53,069 nt of DNA from Gemmatimonadota bacterium. GTDB taxonomy: Bacteria; Gemmatimonadota; Gemmatimonadetes; Gemmatimonadales; GWC2-71-9. Below, piece after piece: positions 37,009 through 47,600 of the stretch. The stretch lies in assembly GCA_036679645.1 (NCBI GenBank), contig JAZDCY010000053.1:1-53069 (forward strand). The letters run 5' to 3'. The notes beneath the pieces are model-generated. The model had not been told where the DNA came from and did not search any database. It was given only the letters and a program-made list of their open reading frames with translations. The translations under genes and the position numbers were made by a program. Within the stretch, counting starts at the first letter, position 1; each line of letters begins with the position of its first letter.

Positions 37009-39384
37009 ATGTACGCGTCACTGAACTGGATTGGGGACATGCTCGGCCGCGAGCTAGACGCGGCGGATACGGCCCGACGCCTCACCATGTTGGGAGCGAC
37101 CGTGGACGTGGTGGAGCGCGTGCATGAGGACCTGTCGGAGATCGTCGTTGGATTGGTCGAGCGAGTCGAGCGCCATCCCAACGCCGATCGACTCTCACTG
37201 TGTCTGGTGGACGCGGGCGACGGCGGCGGGAGCGTAGAGGTCGTGTGCGGCGCGCCGAACGTCCAAGCGGGAACGAAGTACCCGTACGCGGCGTCCGGCA
37301 CGGTCTTGCCGGGCGGTCTAAAGTTGACCAAACGGAAGATTCGCGGCGTCGTCTCGAACGGAATGCTCTGCTCGGCCCGAGAACTCGGACTGGGCCAGGA
37401 TCACGAGGGGATCATGGCTCTCAGTACCGATGCAACACCGGGCACGCCTCTGCTTGATGTTCTGCGCCTCGCCGATACACGGCTCGACATCGATGTAACG
37501 CCCAACCGGCCCGACCTTCTCTGCCAAAAGGGCATTGCACGAGAGCTTGCTGCTGTCCTGGGTGAGGTGGTGAAACTCTCTCCCATCGCCGGGGCCGCCA
37601 CCGTGGCGCTCGCACCGCGTAGGGCGGAGGCCGCGGGACACGTTGGGGGAATCGAGGTCCGCCTCGACGATACCGACGGTAGCCCACGCTACATCGCTGC
37701 CGTAATCGAGGGGGTGGAGATCGGTCCCTCGCCGCAGTGGTTGCAGGCGCGGCTCCACAGCATTGGTACGCGGCCCATCAATAATGTCGTCGATGCCACC
37801 AACTACATCCTGCACGAACTCAACCAGCCGCTCCATGCGTTCGATCTCCGCAACCTCCGCGAGGGGGCGCTCATTGTGCGGCGTGCGGCGCGGGGTGAGA
37901 GGCTGCGCACTCTCGATGGCGTGGACCGCACGCTCACACCGGACATGACCATGATCTGCGACGGGAAGGGACCGATCGCCGTTGCGGGGGTGATGGGTGG
38001 TGCGGATTCCGAGGTCACCGACGCGACAACCGATGTGCTGTTGGAGTGTGCGTATTTCGATCCCAAGCGGATTCGCGCAACCCGATCGGCGCTCAAGATG
38101 AACACGGACGCATCGTTCCGGTTCGAGCGGGGCATCGATCTCGAAGGTATGACGGGGGCCGTGCGCCGTGCGGTCGAGCTGATCATGGCTGTCGCAGGCG
38201 GCCGTGAGCCCGAAGCCGCGTTGGACCTCTACCCGCATCCCGCAGGCCAAACGACGGTGTTCCTGCGGTCCGCGCGCGTGGCGCACCTCTTGGGCGTCGA
38301 AATCTCGCGGGGCGAGATCGAACGACATCTCACGAGTGTCGGCTTCACAGTCGCCCCTCGGGACGATCGCATGGCGGTCCAAGTGCCCGGATGGCGGCCC
38401 GATGTCAGACGAGAGGTGGATCTCATCGAGGAAGTGGCGCGCCTCCACGGCTACGACGCATTTCCTGTGGAAATGCGCCCGTTTCGGCCGACCACCGTTC
38501 CCGATGCCCCGAGTGAGCTGGTCGCGGCGCGCATCCGGCGGATGCTGTGCGCACTTTCCCTCCACGAGGCCCGGACCATGCCGTTGGGACCGCCCGTGGG
38601 TAGCGAGCCGCAAGAAGTGCTGAACCCGCTGTCGGCAGACGAGGCTTACCTGCGGACGGCGCTCTTGCCCGGCTTGGTGCGGTCGGTTGAGGGGAACTGG
38701 GCGGCGGGCGTCCGCGACGTGCGGCTCTTTGAGATTGGGAGGGTCTTTCGCGCGAGCTCCGGTGATCAGCCGCCCGACGAGACCATTCGGTTGGCTGGCG
38801 TATTGACCGGAGCACGCGAGCCCGGCCATTGGATGGGGTCGGGCTCTGGCGGCGACCTCGACCTGTGGGACGTGAAAGGTATGTTAGAGGAGGCTGTGCG
38901 GGTCGCGGCGGGGCCGGGCACGCGCCTAAGTCCAAATGGGAACGGCGGTTGGGATGTCCAGACGTCCGGCGAGACGGTGGTTGGGGAAGCCGGGCCGGTC
39001 GATGCAGATGCCCCACCATGGGCCGGCCCGCTATTCGGGTTTGAGCTGGACGTGACGGCTAGACCGTCTGAGGGAGGGGGGGATCGCTTCATGCCGCTGC
39101 CGGCGACCCCGGCAGTGGAGCGGGATGTCGCGCTGGTCCTGCCTCCTGGGGTCACCGTAGCCCAAGTGGAGGATATCGTGCGGCGCAGCGCCGGTCCGCT
39201 ACTGGAGGCGTGCTCGGTGTTCGACGAATACCGCGGATCGGACCTGGCCGGCCGATCGGTCGCGTGGCGGCTGATCTTCCGTCACCCCAACCGAACCCTG
39301 CGGGACGCGGAAGTGGCGAAGGCAGAGAAGAAGGTACTGGCCGCATTGAGGGAGGAGCTCGGTGTCGAACGACGAGAGTCCTGA
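37009..39384 (+). CDS. pheT: Phenylalanyl-tRNA synthetase beta subunit
   Basis: HPNADRL, VCGAPNV, TPNRPD, DLIEEVAR, C-terminal FDX-ACB domain. Confidence 0.98.
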   Translation: MYASLNWIGDMLGRELDAADTARRLTMLGATVDVVERVHEDLSEIVVGLVERVERHPNADRLSLCLVDAGDGGGSVEVVCGAPNVQAGTKYPYAASGTVLPGGLKLTKRKIRGVVSNGMLCSARELGLGQDHEGIMALSTDATPGTPLLDVLRLADTRLDIDVTPNRPDLLCQKGIARELAAVLGEVVKLSPIAGAATVALAPRRAEAAGHVGGIEVRLDDTDGSPRYIAAVIEGVEIGPSPQWLQARLHSIGTRPINNVVDATNYILHELNQPLHAFDLRNLREGALIVRRAARGERLRTLDGVDRTLTPDMTMICDGKGPIAVAGVMGGADSEVTDATTDVLLECAYFDPKRIRATRSALKMNTDASFRFERGIDLEGMTGAVRRAVELIMAVAGGREPEAALDLYPHPAGQTTVFLRSARVAHLLGVEISRGEIERHLTSVGFTVAPRDDRMAVQVPGWRPDVRREVDLIEEVARLHGYDAFPVEMRPFRPTTVPDAPSELVAARIRRMLCALSLHEARTMPLGPPVGSEPQEVLNPLSADEAYLRTALLPGLVRSVEGNWAAGVRDVRLFEIGRVFRASSGDQPPDETIRLAGVLTGAREPGHWMGSGSGGDLDLWDVKGMLEEAVRVAAGPGTRLSPNGNGGWDVQTSGETVVGEAGPVDADAPPWAGPLFGFELDVTARPSEGGGDRFMPLPATPAVERDVALVLPPGVTVAQVEDIVRRSAGPLLEACSVFDEYRGSDLAGRSVAWRLIFRHPNRTLRDAEVAKAEKKVLAALREELGVERRES

Positions 39385-39658
39385 GTTCCAGGCACTCGAC
39401 GAGCTGGAAACGGTCGTCCGCAATCTGGCAGACCAGATGGCGGCGTGGCGCCGCCGCGCCCTCAAGGCGGAGACTCAGCGGTCCGAGTTCGGTGCCGACC
39501 ACGACGTGGTGGGAACGCGAGAACGGATCGTAGAGTTGGAACAGACAAACGCCGACTTGCGCAACCGACTGGACAGTGCGCGGGAACGTGTGGACCGCCT
39601 CGTCGGGCGGTTGCGCTTTCTCGAGGAACAGGCCGGCGTGGAGGAGCGAGCGGGATGA
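39362..39658 (+). CDS. Short coiled-coil protein (ZapB-like)
   Basis: Coiled coil located between pheT and zapA. Confidence 0.65.
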   Translation: MSNDESPEFQALDELETVVRNLADQMAAWRRRALKAETQRSEFGADHDVVGTRERIVELEQTNADLRNRLDSARERVDRLVGRLRFLEEQAGVEERAG

Positions 39659-39990
39659 GTGTTAACCGAACGGTGGTGCGGGTCCAGATCGGAAGCGAAG
39701 AGTACTCATTGCGGTCCGATCGATCGGAGGAGTACACGCGCTCCGTTGCGGAGCATGTGGATCGCGCCCTGAAGGATGTCATGTCGACGGGGACGATGGT
39801 CGAATCACACAAGGCGGCCATCCTCTCCGCATTGGCAATTGCCGACGAGCTGTTCCAGGTCAAGGCGTCGAAGGCCGAGTTGACGCAACGGCTCAATACG
39901 CTGTCGGCCGAATTGTCGCGGCTGCTGCCGCCCGCGAAGCGGGCCTCCCGTACCACCGGGTCATTTGCGTCGGCCGGAGACAGCGCGTAA
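39655..39990 (+). CDS. zapA: Cell division protein ZapA
   Basis: VRVQIGSEEYSL, AAILSALAIADEL; pheT-zapA-rny synteny. Confidence 0.88.
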   Translation: MSVNRTVVRVQIGSEEYSLRSDRSEEYTRSVAEHVDRALKDVMSTGTMVESHKAAILSALAIADELFQVKASKAELTQRLNTLSAELSRLLPPAKRASRTTGSFASAGDSA

Positions 39991-40117
39991 TAATTAAGGG
40001 AGCGTGAAGGCGCGGCCCCTGGCCGCCCGTCGCGAACCTCTAAGTGCAGCGCGGCGCCCGCCCCCCCAAAGGGTGGTAGCGGCCGCTGGAGATAGATTCC
40101 ATGATAGTGGACCCGGT
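39955..40117 (+). ncRNA. ssrS: Probable 6S RNA
   Basis: Between zapA and rny. Closing stem ACCGGGTC/GACCCGGT, A/T-rich bubble followed by GGGAGC, and GGCGCCCGCC on the 3' side. Confidence 0.55.
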
Positions 40118-41678
40118 CCTGATGTGGGGTTTGACCGTTCTCGGCGCAGCAACCGCCGGAGCGGTTTTTTATGTGGGCCGACGCACGGAGCGGCGGCGGG
40201 CCGAAGCCGAGGGCCGTGCTGGGGCCCAGCAGGCCGAGCGGTTTCTCGCCGATGCGCGCCGGGAGGCGGAGGCGACGCGGTCCGAGGCCGTCGTGAACGC
40301 CAAGGAAGAGATCATCCGGGCGCGCGAGAAGTGGGAGGGGGACGCAAAGGAGCGCCGCGAAGAACTCGAGCGCCACGAGCAGCGTCTCGACGGGCGCACA
40401 GCGCTGATCGACCGGAAGTTGGACACGCTGGAAACCCGGGAAACGGTGATCGCCACGCGCGTCGCGGAGCTGGAGGCCCGCGAGCAGCACTTTGCCGATG
40501 AAGAGGCACGCGTTGCCGAGTTGATTGCGCAACACCGCGCCAAGCTCGAGAGTGTCTCGGGCATCACCGCGCAGGCTGCCAAGGCACAACTCGTCAAGGA
40601 GATGGAAGACGAAGCCAAGAGTGATGCGGCTGCGCTCATCCGGGATCTACGCGAGGAAGCGAAGCGGACCGCCGACAAGGAAGCGAAGAAGATCGTCGCA
40701 CTCGCCATTCAGCGCATTGCCGCGGAGCACACCGCGGAAACTACGGTCTCGGCGGTCTCGCTGCCCAACGACGAGATGAAAGGTCGCATCATCGGCCGGG
40801 AAGGGCGCAACATTCGGGCGTTCGAGACCGCGACGGGCGTGGACGTGATTATCGACGACACGCCGGACACTGTGGTCATCTCGTGTTTCGAGCCCATTCG
40901 GCGCGAGACGGCGCGTCGGGCCCTCGAACAGCTCATCTCGGACGGCCGCATCCATCCCGGCCGGATCGAAGAGGTCGTGGCCAGCGTTCGCAAGCAGCTG
41001 GAAGCCGAGTTGATCGAGGCGGGCGAGCAGGCGGTATACGATGTCGGGGTACACGGCCTGCACCCCGAGCTGATCAAGCTGATCGGCCGCATGAAGTACC
41101 GTACCTCGTATGGGCAGAACATCCTGCAACACTCCAAAGAGGTCGCGTGGCTGGCAGGGATGATCGCCGCTGAACTGGGCCTCGATGTCCCGTTGGCAAA
41201 GCGCGGCGCGCTGCTACACGACGTGGGAAAGGTGCTTACCCACGAGCACGAGGGCACGCACGTCGAGTTGGGTGTCGAGATGGCTCGCAAGTACGGCGAG
41301 AATCCTATTATCATCAACGTCATCGCAGCGCACCACGATGACGTCCCCCACGAGTCCACAGTGTCGGTCGTCGTGCAGGCCGCCGATGCGGTGAGCGGTT
41401 CACGCCCCGGCGCGCGACGCGAAGCGTTTGAGACGTATGTGAAGCGACTCACGAACCTGGAGTCAATTGCAACCAGCTACGACGGCATTGAAAAAGCATA
41501 CGCCATTCAAGCTGGGCGCGAGATACGCGTCGTGGTCATGCCCGACTCGGTCGATGACGACAAAGCGTCCGAGCTGTCCGAGACCATTGCACGGCGCATC
41601 GAGCTCGAGCTCCAGTATCCCGGTCAGATCAAGGTTGTTGTCGTTCGCGAAACGAGGGCCATCGACTTTGCCCGCTGA
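40101..41678 (+). CDS. rny: Ribonuclease Y
   Basis: N-terminal TM, coiled coil, KH motif KGRIIGREGRNI, HD motif LLHDVGK. Confidence 0.98.
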   Translation: MIVDPVLMWGLTVLGAATAGAVFYVGRRTERRRAEAEGRAGAQQAERFLADARREAEATRSEAVVNAKEEIIRAREKWEGDAKERREELERHEQRLDGRTALIDRKLDTLETRETVIATRVAELEAREQHFADEEARVAELIAQHRAKLESVSGITAQAAKAQLVKEMEDEAKSDAAALIRDLREEAKRTADKEAKKIVALAIQRIAAEHTAETTVSAVSLPNDEMKGRIIGREGRNIRAFETATGVDVIIDDTPDTVVISCFEPIRRETARRALEQLISDGRIHPGRIEEVVASVRKQLEAELIEAGEQAVYDVGVHGLHPELIKLIGRMKYRTSYGQNILQHSKEVAWLAGMIAAELGLDVPLAKRGALLHDVGKVLTHEHEGTHVELGVEMARKYGENPIIINVIAAHHDDVPHESTVSVVVQAADAVSGSRPGARREAFETYVKRLTNLESIATSYDGIEKAYAIQAGREIRVVVMPDSVDDDKASELSETIARRIELELQYPGQIKVVVVRETRAIDFAR

Positions 41679-42552
41679 TATCATTGACGGCAAGCAGATC
41701 GCCGCCAAAATGCGAGCCGATCTCAAACCCGAAATCGAGACCTTGACGGCACGTGGCGTTACGCCGGGACTGGCCGTCGTGCTCGTCGGAGAGAATCCGG
41801 CGAGCCAGGTTTACGTACGGATGAAGGGCAAAGCGTGTGAGGAGGCCGGCATCTACAGCGAGCAAATCGATCTTGCCGTGGACACGCCGGAAGATGAGTT
41901 GCTCGACGTCGTCGAACGACTGAACGCCGATCCCAAAATCCACGGCATGCTGGTTCAGCTTCCGCTACCGGACCACATAGGCGAGAACCGCGTGTTGCAT
42001 CGCATCCTGCCCACCAAGGACGTCGACGGGTTCCACCCGGAGAACGTGGGCAAGGTGTCGATCGGCGACTCGACCGGTTTCGCGCCCGCCACACCCGCCG
42101 GCGTTCAGCAGATGTTGTTGCGCAGCGGCGTCGCAACCGCCGGCGCGCACGCGGTCGTGGTCGGCCGATCGAACATCGTGGGCCGTCCCATGGCATCGCT
42201 GCTGCTGCACAAGGCAAAAGGCGCCAACGCCACGGTCACTGTATGTCACTCTCGTACGAAAGACATGGCAGCCATCACGCGACAGGGCGACATTCTGATC
42301 GTCGCTATTGGCAAACCGGAGTTCGTGACAGGGGACATGATCAAACCGGGTGCCGTGGTGATCGATGTCGGTGTCAACCGCGTCGACGATGCACAGGCCA
42401 AGAAGGGCTATCGTCTGGTGGGCGACGTCGCGTTCGACGAGGCACGGGAGGTCGCATCGGCTATCACGCCGGTCCCGGGTGGGGTAGGACCCATGACGAT
42501 CACGATGTTGCTCTACAACACCGTACAGGCCGCGAGGCAGTGGGCGAGCTAG
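41668..42552 (+). CDS. folD: Methylene-THF dehydrogenase/cyclohydrolase
   Basis: IIDGK, YVRMK, KDVDGFHP, TPVPGGVGPMT. Confidence 0.97.
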   Translation: MPADIIDGKQIAAKMRADLKPEIETLTARGVTPGLAVVLVGENPASQVYVRMKGKACEEAGIYSEQIDLAVDTPEDELLDVVERLNADPKIHGMLVQLPLPDHIGENRVLHRILPTKDVDGFHPENVGKVSIGDSTGFAPATPAGVQQMLLRSGVATAGAHAVVVGRSNIVGRPMASLLLHKAKGANATVTVCHSRTKDMAAITRQGDILIVAIGKPEFVTGDMIKPGAVVIDVGVNRVDDAQAKKGYRLVGDVAFDEAREVASAITPVPGGVGPMTITMLLYNTVQAARQWAS

Positions 42553-43709
42553 ACCTTTTCTCCAGCACGGCAGCGGCTTCGACGGACGGCGCGTGGTCAG
42601 TCTCGCAGGTGACGGCTCACGCGCGTCGTCTTGTAGAGTCGGGTTTCATTCGGCTGTGGGTGAAGGGTGAGGTAACCGGATTCAAGTCGTACCGTAGTGG
42701 CCACTGGTACTTCTCGTTGCGCGATCGTCAGGCGCAGGTCCGCTGCGTCATGTGGCGTACCGACAACCAGGCCATTCGCACACCGCTCGAGGACGGAATC
42801 GAGGTCTTCGTGGAGGCGCGCCCGACGGTATGGGAAGAGCGTGGCGAGTTCCGGCTCACGGTCAAACAACTCATCCCCACTGACGTGGGCGGGCTATGGC
42901 AGCTGCGGCTCGAAAAGGCGAAGGCTGCGCTGGCGGCCGACGGACTGCTCGACCCCGCGAGGAAGCGCCCCCTGCCTGCGTTCCCCGCGCGCATCGCCAT
43001 CGTAACGAGCCCTGATGGAGCGGCGCTACGCGATGTGGTCACCGCGACACGACGTCGGTGGCCGGTCGCACGGTTGCTCCTCGTGCCGGCGCGGGTGCAG
43101 GGGGAACTGGCCGAGCCGGAGTTAGTTGCCGCGATCAAACTCGCCGATCGTATTGCACCCGATCTCGTGATTCTGACGAGGGGCGGCGGATCGCGCGAGG
43201 ATCTGTGGGCATTCAACAGCGAATTGGTTGCCCGGGCGCTCGCGGCTCTGTCGGTCCCCACTATCTCGGCGGTTGGGCACGAGACCGACATCTCGCTCAC
43301 GGACCTGGTGGCCGACGTGCGCGCGGCGACCCCTTCAGCGGCGGCTATTGCGGCGGTGCCCGATCACGCCGCGGCGACCGCGCGCGTGGACGCGATGGCG
43401 CGTCGCCTCGCCACCACGCTCGTCGCGCGGGTCGAGCTGGGCGGGCAACGGCTCGATCGAACAGAGGACCGGCTCCACGCAGCGTTGACGACGCGGCTCG
43501 ACCACGCGCGCTCCCGCGCTGACGGTCTGGGCGCCGCGCTGCACGCGCTCAGCCCGCTACGCGTACTGGCACGCGGATACGCCGTTGCGCGGGACGGGAG
43601 TGGACGGGTCCTCAAGCAAGTCGGTCAATTCTCACCGGATTTGCCATTCACTCTGACCGTCTCTGACGGCGACGTGGCGGTCCGCACGGAGCGCGCGCGG
43701 CATGAGTAG
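42540..43709 (+). CDS. xseA: Exodeoxyribonuclease VII large subunit
   Basis: SGHWYFSLRD, RGGGSREDLWAFN, SAVGHETD, LARGYA. Confidence 0.96.
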   Translation: MGELDLFSSTAAASTDGAWSVSQVTAHARRLVESGFIRLWVKGEVTGFKSYRSGHWYFSLRDRQAQVRCVMWRTDNQAIRTPLEDGIEVFVEARPTVWEERGEFRLTVKQLIPTDVGGLWQLRLEKAKAALAADGLLDPARKRPLPAFPARIAIVTSPDGAALRDVVTATRRRWPVARLLLVPARVQGELAEPELVAAIKLADRIAPDLVILTRGGGSREDLWAFNSELVARALAALSVPTISAVGHETDISLTDLVADVRAATPSAAAIAAVPDHAAATARVDAMARRLATTLVARVELGGQRLDRTEDRLHAALTTRLDHARSRADGLGAALHALSPLRVLARGYAVARDGSGRVLKQVGQFSPDLPFTLTVSDGDVAVRTERARHE

Positions 43710-43926
43710 CGAGTCCACGTTCCGTGAAGAACTGGAGCGGCTCGAAGAGATCGTCCGGCTCCTCGAGGGAGAAGAGATCGATCTCGATTCCGCAATTCAG
43801 CTGTTTGAGGAGGGTGTCAAGCGTCTGCGCGTCGCGCGCGAGCTGCTGGGCCGTTCGGAGCGGGCCGTGAAGAAGATCGTCGCGGAAGCCAACGGTGAGT
43901 ATCGCGAGGAAGATCTCGACGTCTGA
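43702..43926 (+). CDS. xseB: Exodeoxyribonuclease VII small subunit
   Basis: LERLEEIVRLLE...LFEEGV. Confidence 0.94.
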   Translation: MSSESTFREELERLEEIVRLLEGEEIDLDSAIQLFEEGVKRLRVARELLGRSERAVKKIVAEANGEYREEDLDV

Positions 43927-44812
43927 GGTCACGACGTTTCTGGACGAGGCCCGCACGCGAGTCGATGCGGTGCTGGCCCGATGGGCGGAGACCGTTGAGG
44001 CCGATCCCGGAGGTGTGGTGGGTGAGGCGATCGCGTACGGCCTGCGCGGTAACGGCAAACGATTCAGGCCGGGACTCCTGCTTGCGGTGTTCCAGGAGAC
44101 CGGCGGCAGTGGTCTTGCCACCGAGTTGGCCGCCGCGGTGGAGGTCGTGCATACCTACTCCCTGGTCCACGACGATCTCCCATGCATGGACGACGATGCG
44201 CTGCGACGCGGCCGCGCCACAACACATCGCGTGTATGGAGTGGAGGTTGCTACGGTCGCGGGGTTCAAGATGGTGCCGCTCGCAGCGTCGATCTTGTCGG
44301 TGGGCGCACGACACCTCGACCTGGACCGGGCGGAAACCCGGCGCTTGGCACGTATCCTGTTTCGCGCGGCGGGTGTCGACGGGATGATTGGCGGCCAGGT
44401 CATGGACTTGGAGGCGGAGGGCCGGTCGCTCGACCTCCCAGGGCTGACGGCCGTGCACCGCGCCAAGACCGGGGCCCTCATTACGGCCAGTGCAGTCATG
44501 GGGGTGGTTGCGGCCCGGGCAGGCCGTGAAACAGAGCGGGCGGTCGGGCAGTATGCAGATGAAGTTGGATTGGCCTTTCAGATAGTCGATGACGTGCTCG
44601 ACGCCACCGGCAGCACGGAGGAACTGGGTAAGACGGCCGGCAAAGACGCGCGGCAGCGCAAGGCCTCGTACAGCGCCTTGCTGGGGGTTGACGCGGCACG
44701 CGAGGCGGCTCGAGCCGGAGTCGGACGCGCTATAGACCATTTGGGGCGGGCCGGGATAGATTCAACACTGTTGTGCGGGCTTGCCCACCGCATCGTCGAA
44801 CGCAGTTTCTAA
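43895..44812 (+). CDS. ispA: Farnesyl/geranylgeranyl diphosphate synthase
   Basis: HDDLPCMDDDALRRG, FQIVDDVLD, LGKTAGKD. Confidence 0.92.
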   Translation: MSIARKISTSEVTTFLDEARTRVDAVLARWAETVEADPGGVVGEAIAYGLRGNGKRFRPGLLLAVFQETGGSGLATELAAAVEVVHTYSLVHDDLPCMDDDALRRGRATTHRVYGVEVATVAGFKMVPLAASILSVGARHLDLDRAETRRLARILFRAAGVDGMIGGQVMDLEAEGRSLDLPGLTAVHRAKTGALITASAVMGVVAARAGRETERAVGQYADEVGLAFQIVDDVLDATGSTEELGKTAGKDARQRKASYSALLGVDAAREAARAGVGRAIDHLGRAGIDSTLLCGLAHRIVERSF

Positions 44813-44826
44813 TCCTGGTCTGGACT

Positions 44827-46725
44827 ATGGGTCTACTCGAGAACATCGCATCTCCAGCCGACGTCAAAGACCTGCCAAGCGAGCAGCTGCAGGAGCTTGC
44901 CGACGAGGTGCGACAGCGGCTGATCGACGTGGTATCTCAGACGGGTGGACACATCGGTGCCGGTCTTGGCGTGGTCGAGTTGACCGTGGCGCTCCTTCAT
45001 GAGTTCGACTCCCCGCGCGATAAGATCCTGTGGGATGTTGGACACCAGGGCTATCCCTGGAAGGTGTTGACCGGCCGTAACGACCGCTTGCCCACGTTAC
45101 GCCAGGCAGACGGACTGTCTGGGTTCCTGCGGCGTACCGAGAGCGAGCACGATCATTTTGGCGCAGGCCACGCGGGCACTGCCCTCTCGGCCGCGCTGGG
45201 CATAGCCGCCGCGCGCGACCTGCGCGACGATGACTTTCAGGTGGTCGCGGTCGTTGGCGATGGAGCCATGACCTGCGGTTTGCCCTATGAGGGATTGAAC
45301 AACGCAGGCCACTCCGAACGCGATATCCTCATCGTGCTAAACGACAACGGGATGTCAATTGCGCCCAATGTGGGCGCCATCAACAAGTACTTGGGATCGG
45401 TGATCGCGAGTCCGGCGGCCAATCGAATGCGCGAGCGGGTGAAGATCGCCATCGAAAAGGCGTCACACGTGGTTGGCGGCAAACGGATGCTGGACTTTGC
45501 GCGCACCGTCGAAGAGAGCATCAAGAACCTCTGGTCACCCGGCATGTTGTTCGAAGAATTCGGGTTCCGTTACTTCGGCCCGATCGACGGACACGATATC
45601 CCCGCCATGCTTCGCACGTTCGAGATGGTCAGGGCACTGCGTGGGCCGCGCATTGTGCACGTGATTACGGAAAAGGGAAGGGGGTTTCCCCTCGATGCCC
45701 CCGACCTCGAGAAGTTCCACGCTCGGAAGCCGTACGATCCGGTGACGGGCGAGCTGTTGCCGTCGAAGCAGGGCCCACCGTCGTGGACCAGTGTGTTCGG
45801 CAATGCCATCGCGGATCTCGCCGCCGAACACCCGGAGATCGTGGCGATCACCGCGGCCATGCCGTCGGGCACCGGCACGAACATCTTCCAGAAGAGATGG
45901 CCCGACCGGTTCTTCGATGTCGGGATCGCCGAAGGGCACGCAACTACCTTTGCAGCGGGTCTCGCGACGCAGGGTATCCGGCCGATCGTGGCCATCTACT
46001 CCACGTTCCTCCAACGTGGGTTCGACTCCATTGTCCACGACGTCGCGATTCAGAACCTCCCGGTGCTGTTCTGTATGGACCGCGCTGGCATGGTCGGCGT
46101 CGATGGACAGACGCACATGGGGCTGTATGACATTCCGTACATGCTCGCCATCCCGAACATGACGGTTACGGCCCCCAAGGATGGCCCGGAGCTGGTCGGG
46201 TTGCTGCGGTGCGCACTGCAACACGATGGTCCGTTCTCCACACGGTATCCGCGTGACAACGCACCGTCGGCGGTCGCGCCGGCCGCAGAGGTAGCCGCGG
46301 TCAGCTACGCATCGTGGGAGACGCTGCGTCAGGGTAACGAGTGTGCCATCCTTGCGGTGGGTGTGATGTGCCAGCCCGCCATCGCAGCCGCGGAACTGCT
46401 CGACGCTGACGGCTTTGACGTCACAGTGATCAATTGCCGGTTCCTCAAGCCCATGGACGAGTCTACCTTGGGCAGCGTGCTCGAGAGTCACCGCCTCTTG
46501 GTCACGGTCGAAGACGGTACGGTCGTCAACGGGTTCGGTGCTACCGTGGCGCGGCGGGTAGACGAACTCGCGCCGGAGGTGCGGGTGACGTGCATGGGCG
46601 CGCCCGATCGAACCTACGAGCACGCCCCCCGCGCGCAGCAGCTCGCCGCGGTCGGGCTGGACGCGCGCGGCATCGCGGAGCGAGTCCGGGCACTCGCGGC
46701 GCAGGAAAGCCTCTCGCACACATGA
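44827..46725 (+). CDS. dxs: 1-deoxy-D-xylulose-5-phosphate synthase
   Basis: WDVGHQ, GDGAMT...LNDN, YSTFLQR, DRAG. Confidence 0.98.
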   Translation: MGLLENIASPADVKDLPSEQLQELADEVRQRLIDVVSQTGGHIGAGLGVVELTVALLHEFDSPRDKILWDVGHQGYPWKVLTGRNDRLPTLRQADGLSGFLRRTESEHDHFGAGHAGTALSAALGIAAARDLRDDDFQVVAVVGDGAMTCGLPYEGLNNAGHSERDILIVLNDNGMSIAPNVGAINKYLGSVIASPAANRMRERVKIAIEKASHVVGGKRMLDFARTVEESIKNLWSPGMLFEEFGFRYFGPIDGHDIPAMLRTFEMVRALRGPRIVHVITEKGRGFPLDAPDLEKFHARKPYDPVTGELLPSKQGPPSWTSVFGNAIADLAAEHPEIVAITAAMPSGTGTNIFQKRWPDRFFDVGIAEGHATTFAAGLATQGIRPIVAIYSTFLQRGFDSIVHDVAIQNLPVLFCMDRAGMVGVDGQTHMGLYDIPYMLAIPNMTVTAPKDGPELVGLLRCALQHDGPFSTRYPRDNAPSAVAPAAEVAAVSYASWETLRQGNECAILAVGVMCQPAIAAAELLDADGFDVTVINCRFLKPMDESTLGSVLESHRLLVTVEDGTVVNGFGATVARRVDELAPEVRVTCMGAPDRTYEHAPRAQQLAAVGLDARGIAERVRALAAQESLSHT

Positions 46726-47597
46726 TCGTCGGGGTTTTCGCCAACCCCGCCTACATTGGCCTCGGCGATCTGCTCGAGCGCCTCACCAAGAGCGCACCCA
46801 AGCACGGCCTGACGCTCCTGCCGGAGCGCGCACTGGTCTCCCAGTGGCCGCTCGACGGCGAGCCACTGGATCTCGAGGCTTCACCGCCCGACCTAATCAT
46901 CTGTCTTGGTGGCGACGGGACGCTCTTGCGCACTGCCCGCGCCGTCGGCAGGCATGAGATCCCCATTCTCGGCGTCAAGGTCGGACGCGTTGGCTTTCTC
47001 ACCAGCGTTACGCCCGCTACGCTTGACGCTGCGGTGGCCGCGCTCGGCGCGGGTAAGTACTCCGTAGACCGACGACGCACGCTGCGTGCGACGATCCGTG
47101 GACCCGACGACAACGCCCGCAGTGAAGGCACCGCACTCAACGATGTCGTCGTTCACAAGGCAGGCGTAGCACGCGTCATCCGCCTTCGGGTCACCATGGG
47201 TGAGGAAGAGATCGGCATGTTCAGCTCCGATGGTCTCATCGTCGCCACACCAACGGGTTCGACCGCCTACTCGCTCAGTGCCGGCGGTCCCATTCTCTTC
47301 CCAGGTGTTGACGCACTCGTTGTCACTCCTATCTCGCCACACACCCTCGCTGTCCGGCCAATCGTCGTTCCTGGGGACGTACCCATAAGCATTGAGGTGC
47401 CACCGCCCCGCGGTGAAGAGGAGGTGCTGGTCTCATACGACGGGCAAGTCGGCGAGGCACTGGGTGACGGAGAACGTGTCCTGATCACCCGAACGTCGTA
47501 TTGCGTCGGTTTGATTCGCATCGAGTCAGAAGGGTTCTTCACGCGGCTTCGTCGGCAACTACAATGGGGTGACCTCACCGATCGAGAACGGACCTGA
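46722..47597 (+). CDS. nadK: NAD kinase
   Basis: GGDGTLL, LND, TPTGSTAYSLSAGGP. Confidence 0.96.
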   Translation: MIVGVFANPAYIGLGDLLERLTKSAPKHGLTLLPERALVSQWPLDGEPLDLEASPPDLIICLGGDGTLLRTARAVGRHEIPILGVKVGRVGFLTSVTPATLDAAVAALGAGKYSVDRRRTLRATIRGPDDNARSEGTALNDVVVHKAGVARVIRLRVTMGEEEIGMFSSDGLIVATPTGSTAYSLSAGGPILFPGVDALVVTPISPHTLAVRPIVVPGDVPISIEVPPPRGEEEVLVSYDGQVGEALGDGERVLITRTSYCVGLIRIESEGFFTRLRRQLQWGDLTDRERT

Positions 47598-47600
47598 CCC

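Noticed and set aside
37318..38829. 503-aa minus-strand ORF, plus similar shadows over obgE, dnaG and dxs
   Set aside because: Fully antisense to well-supported housekeeping genes.
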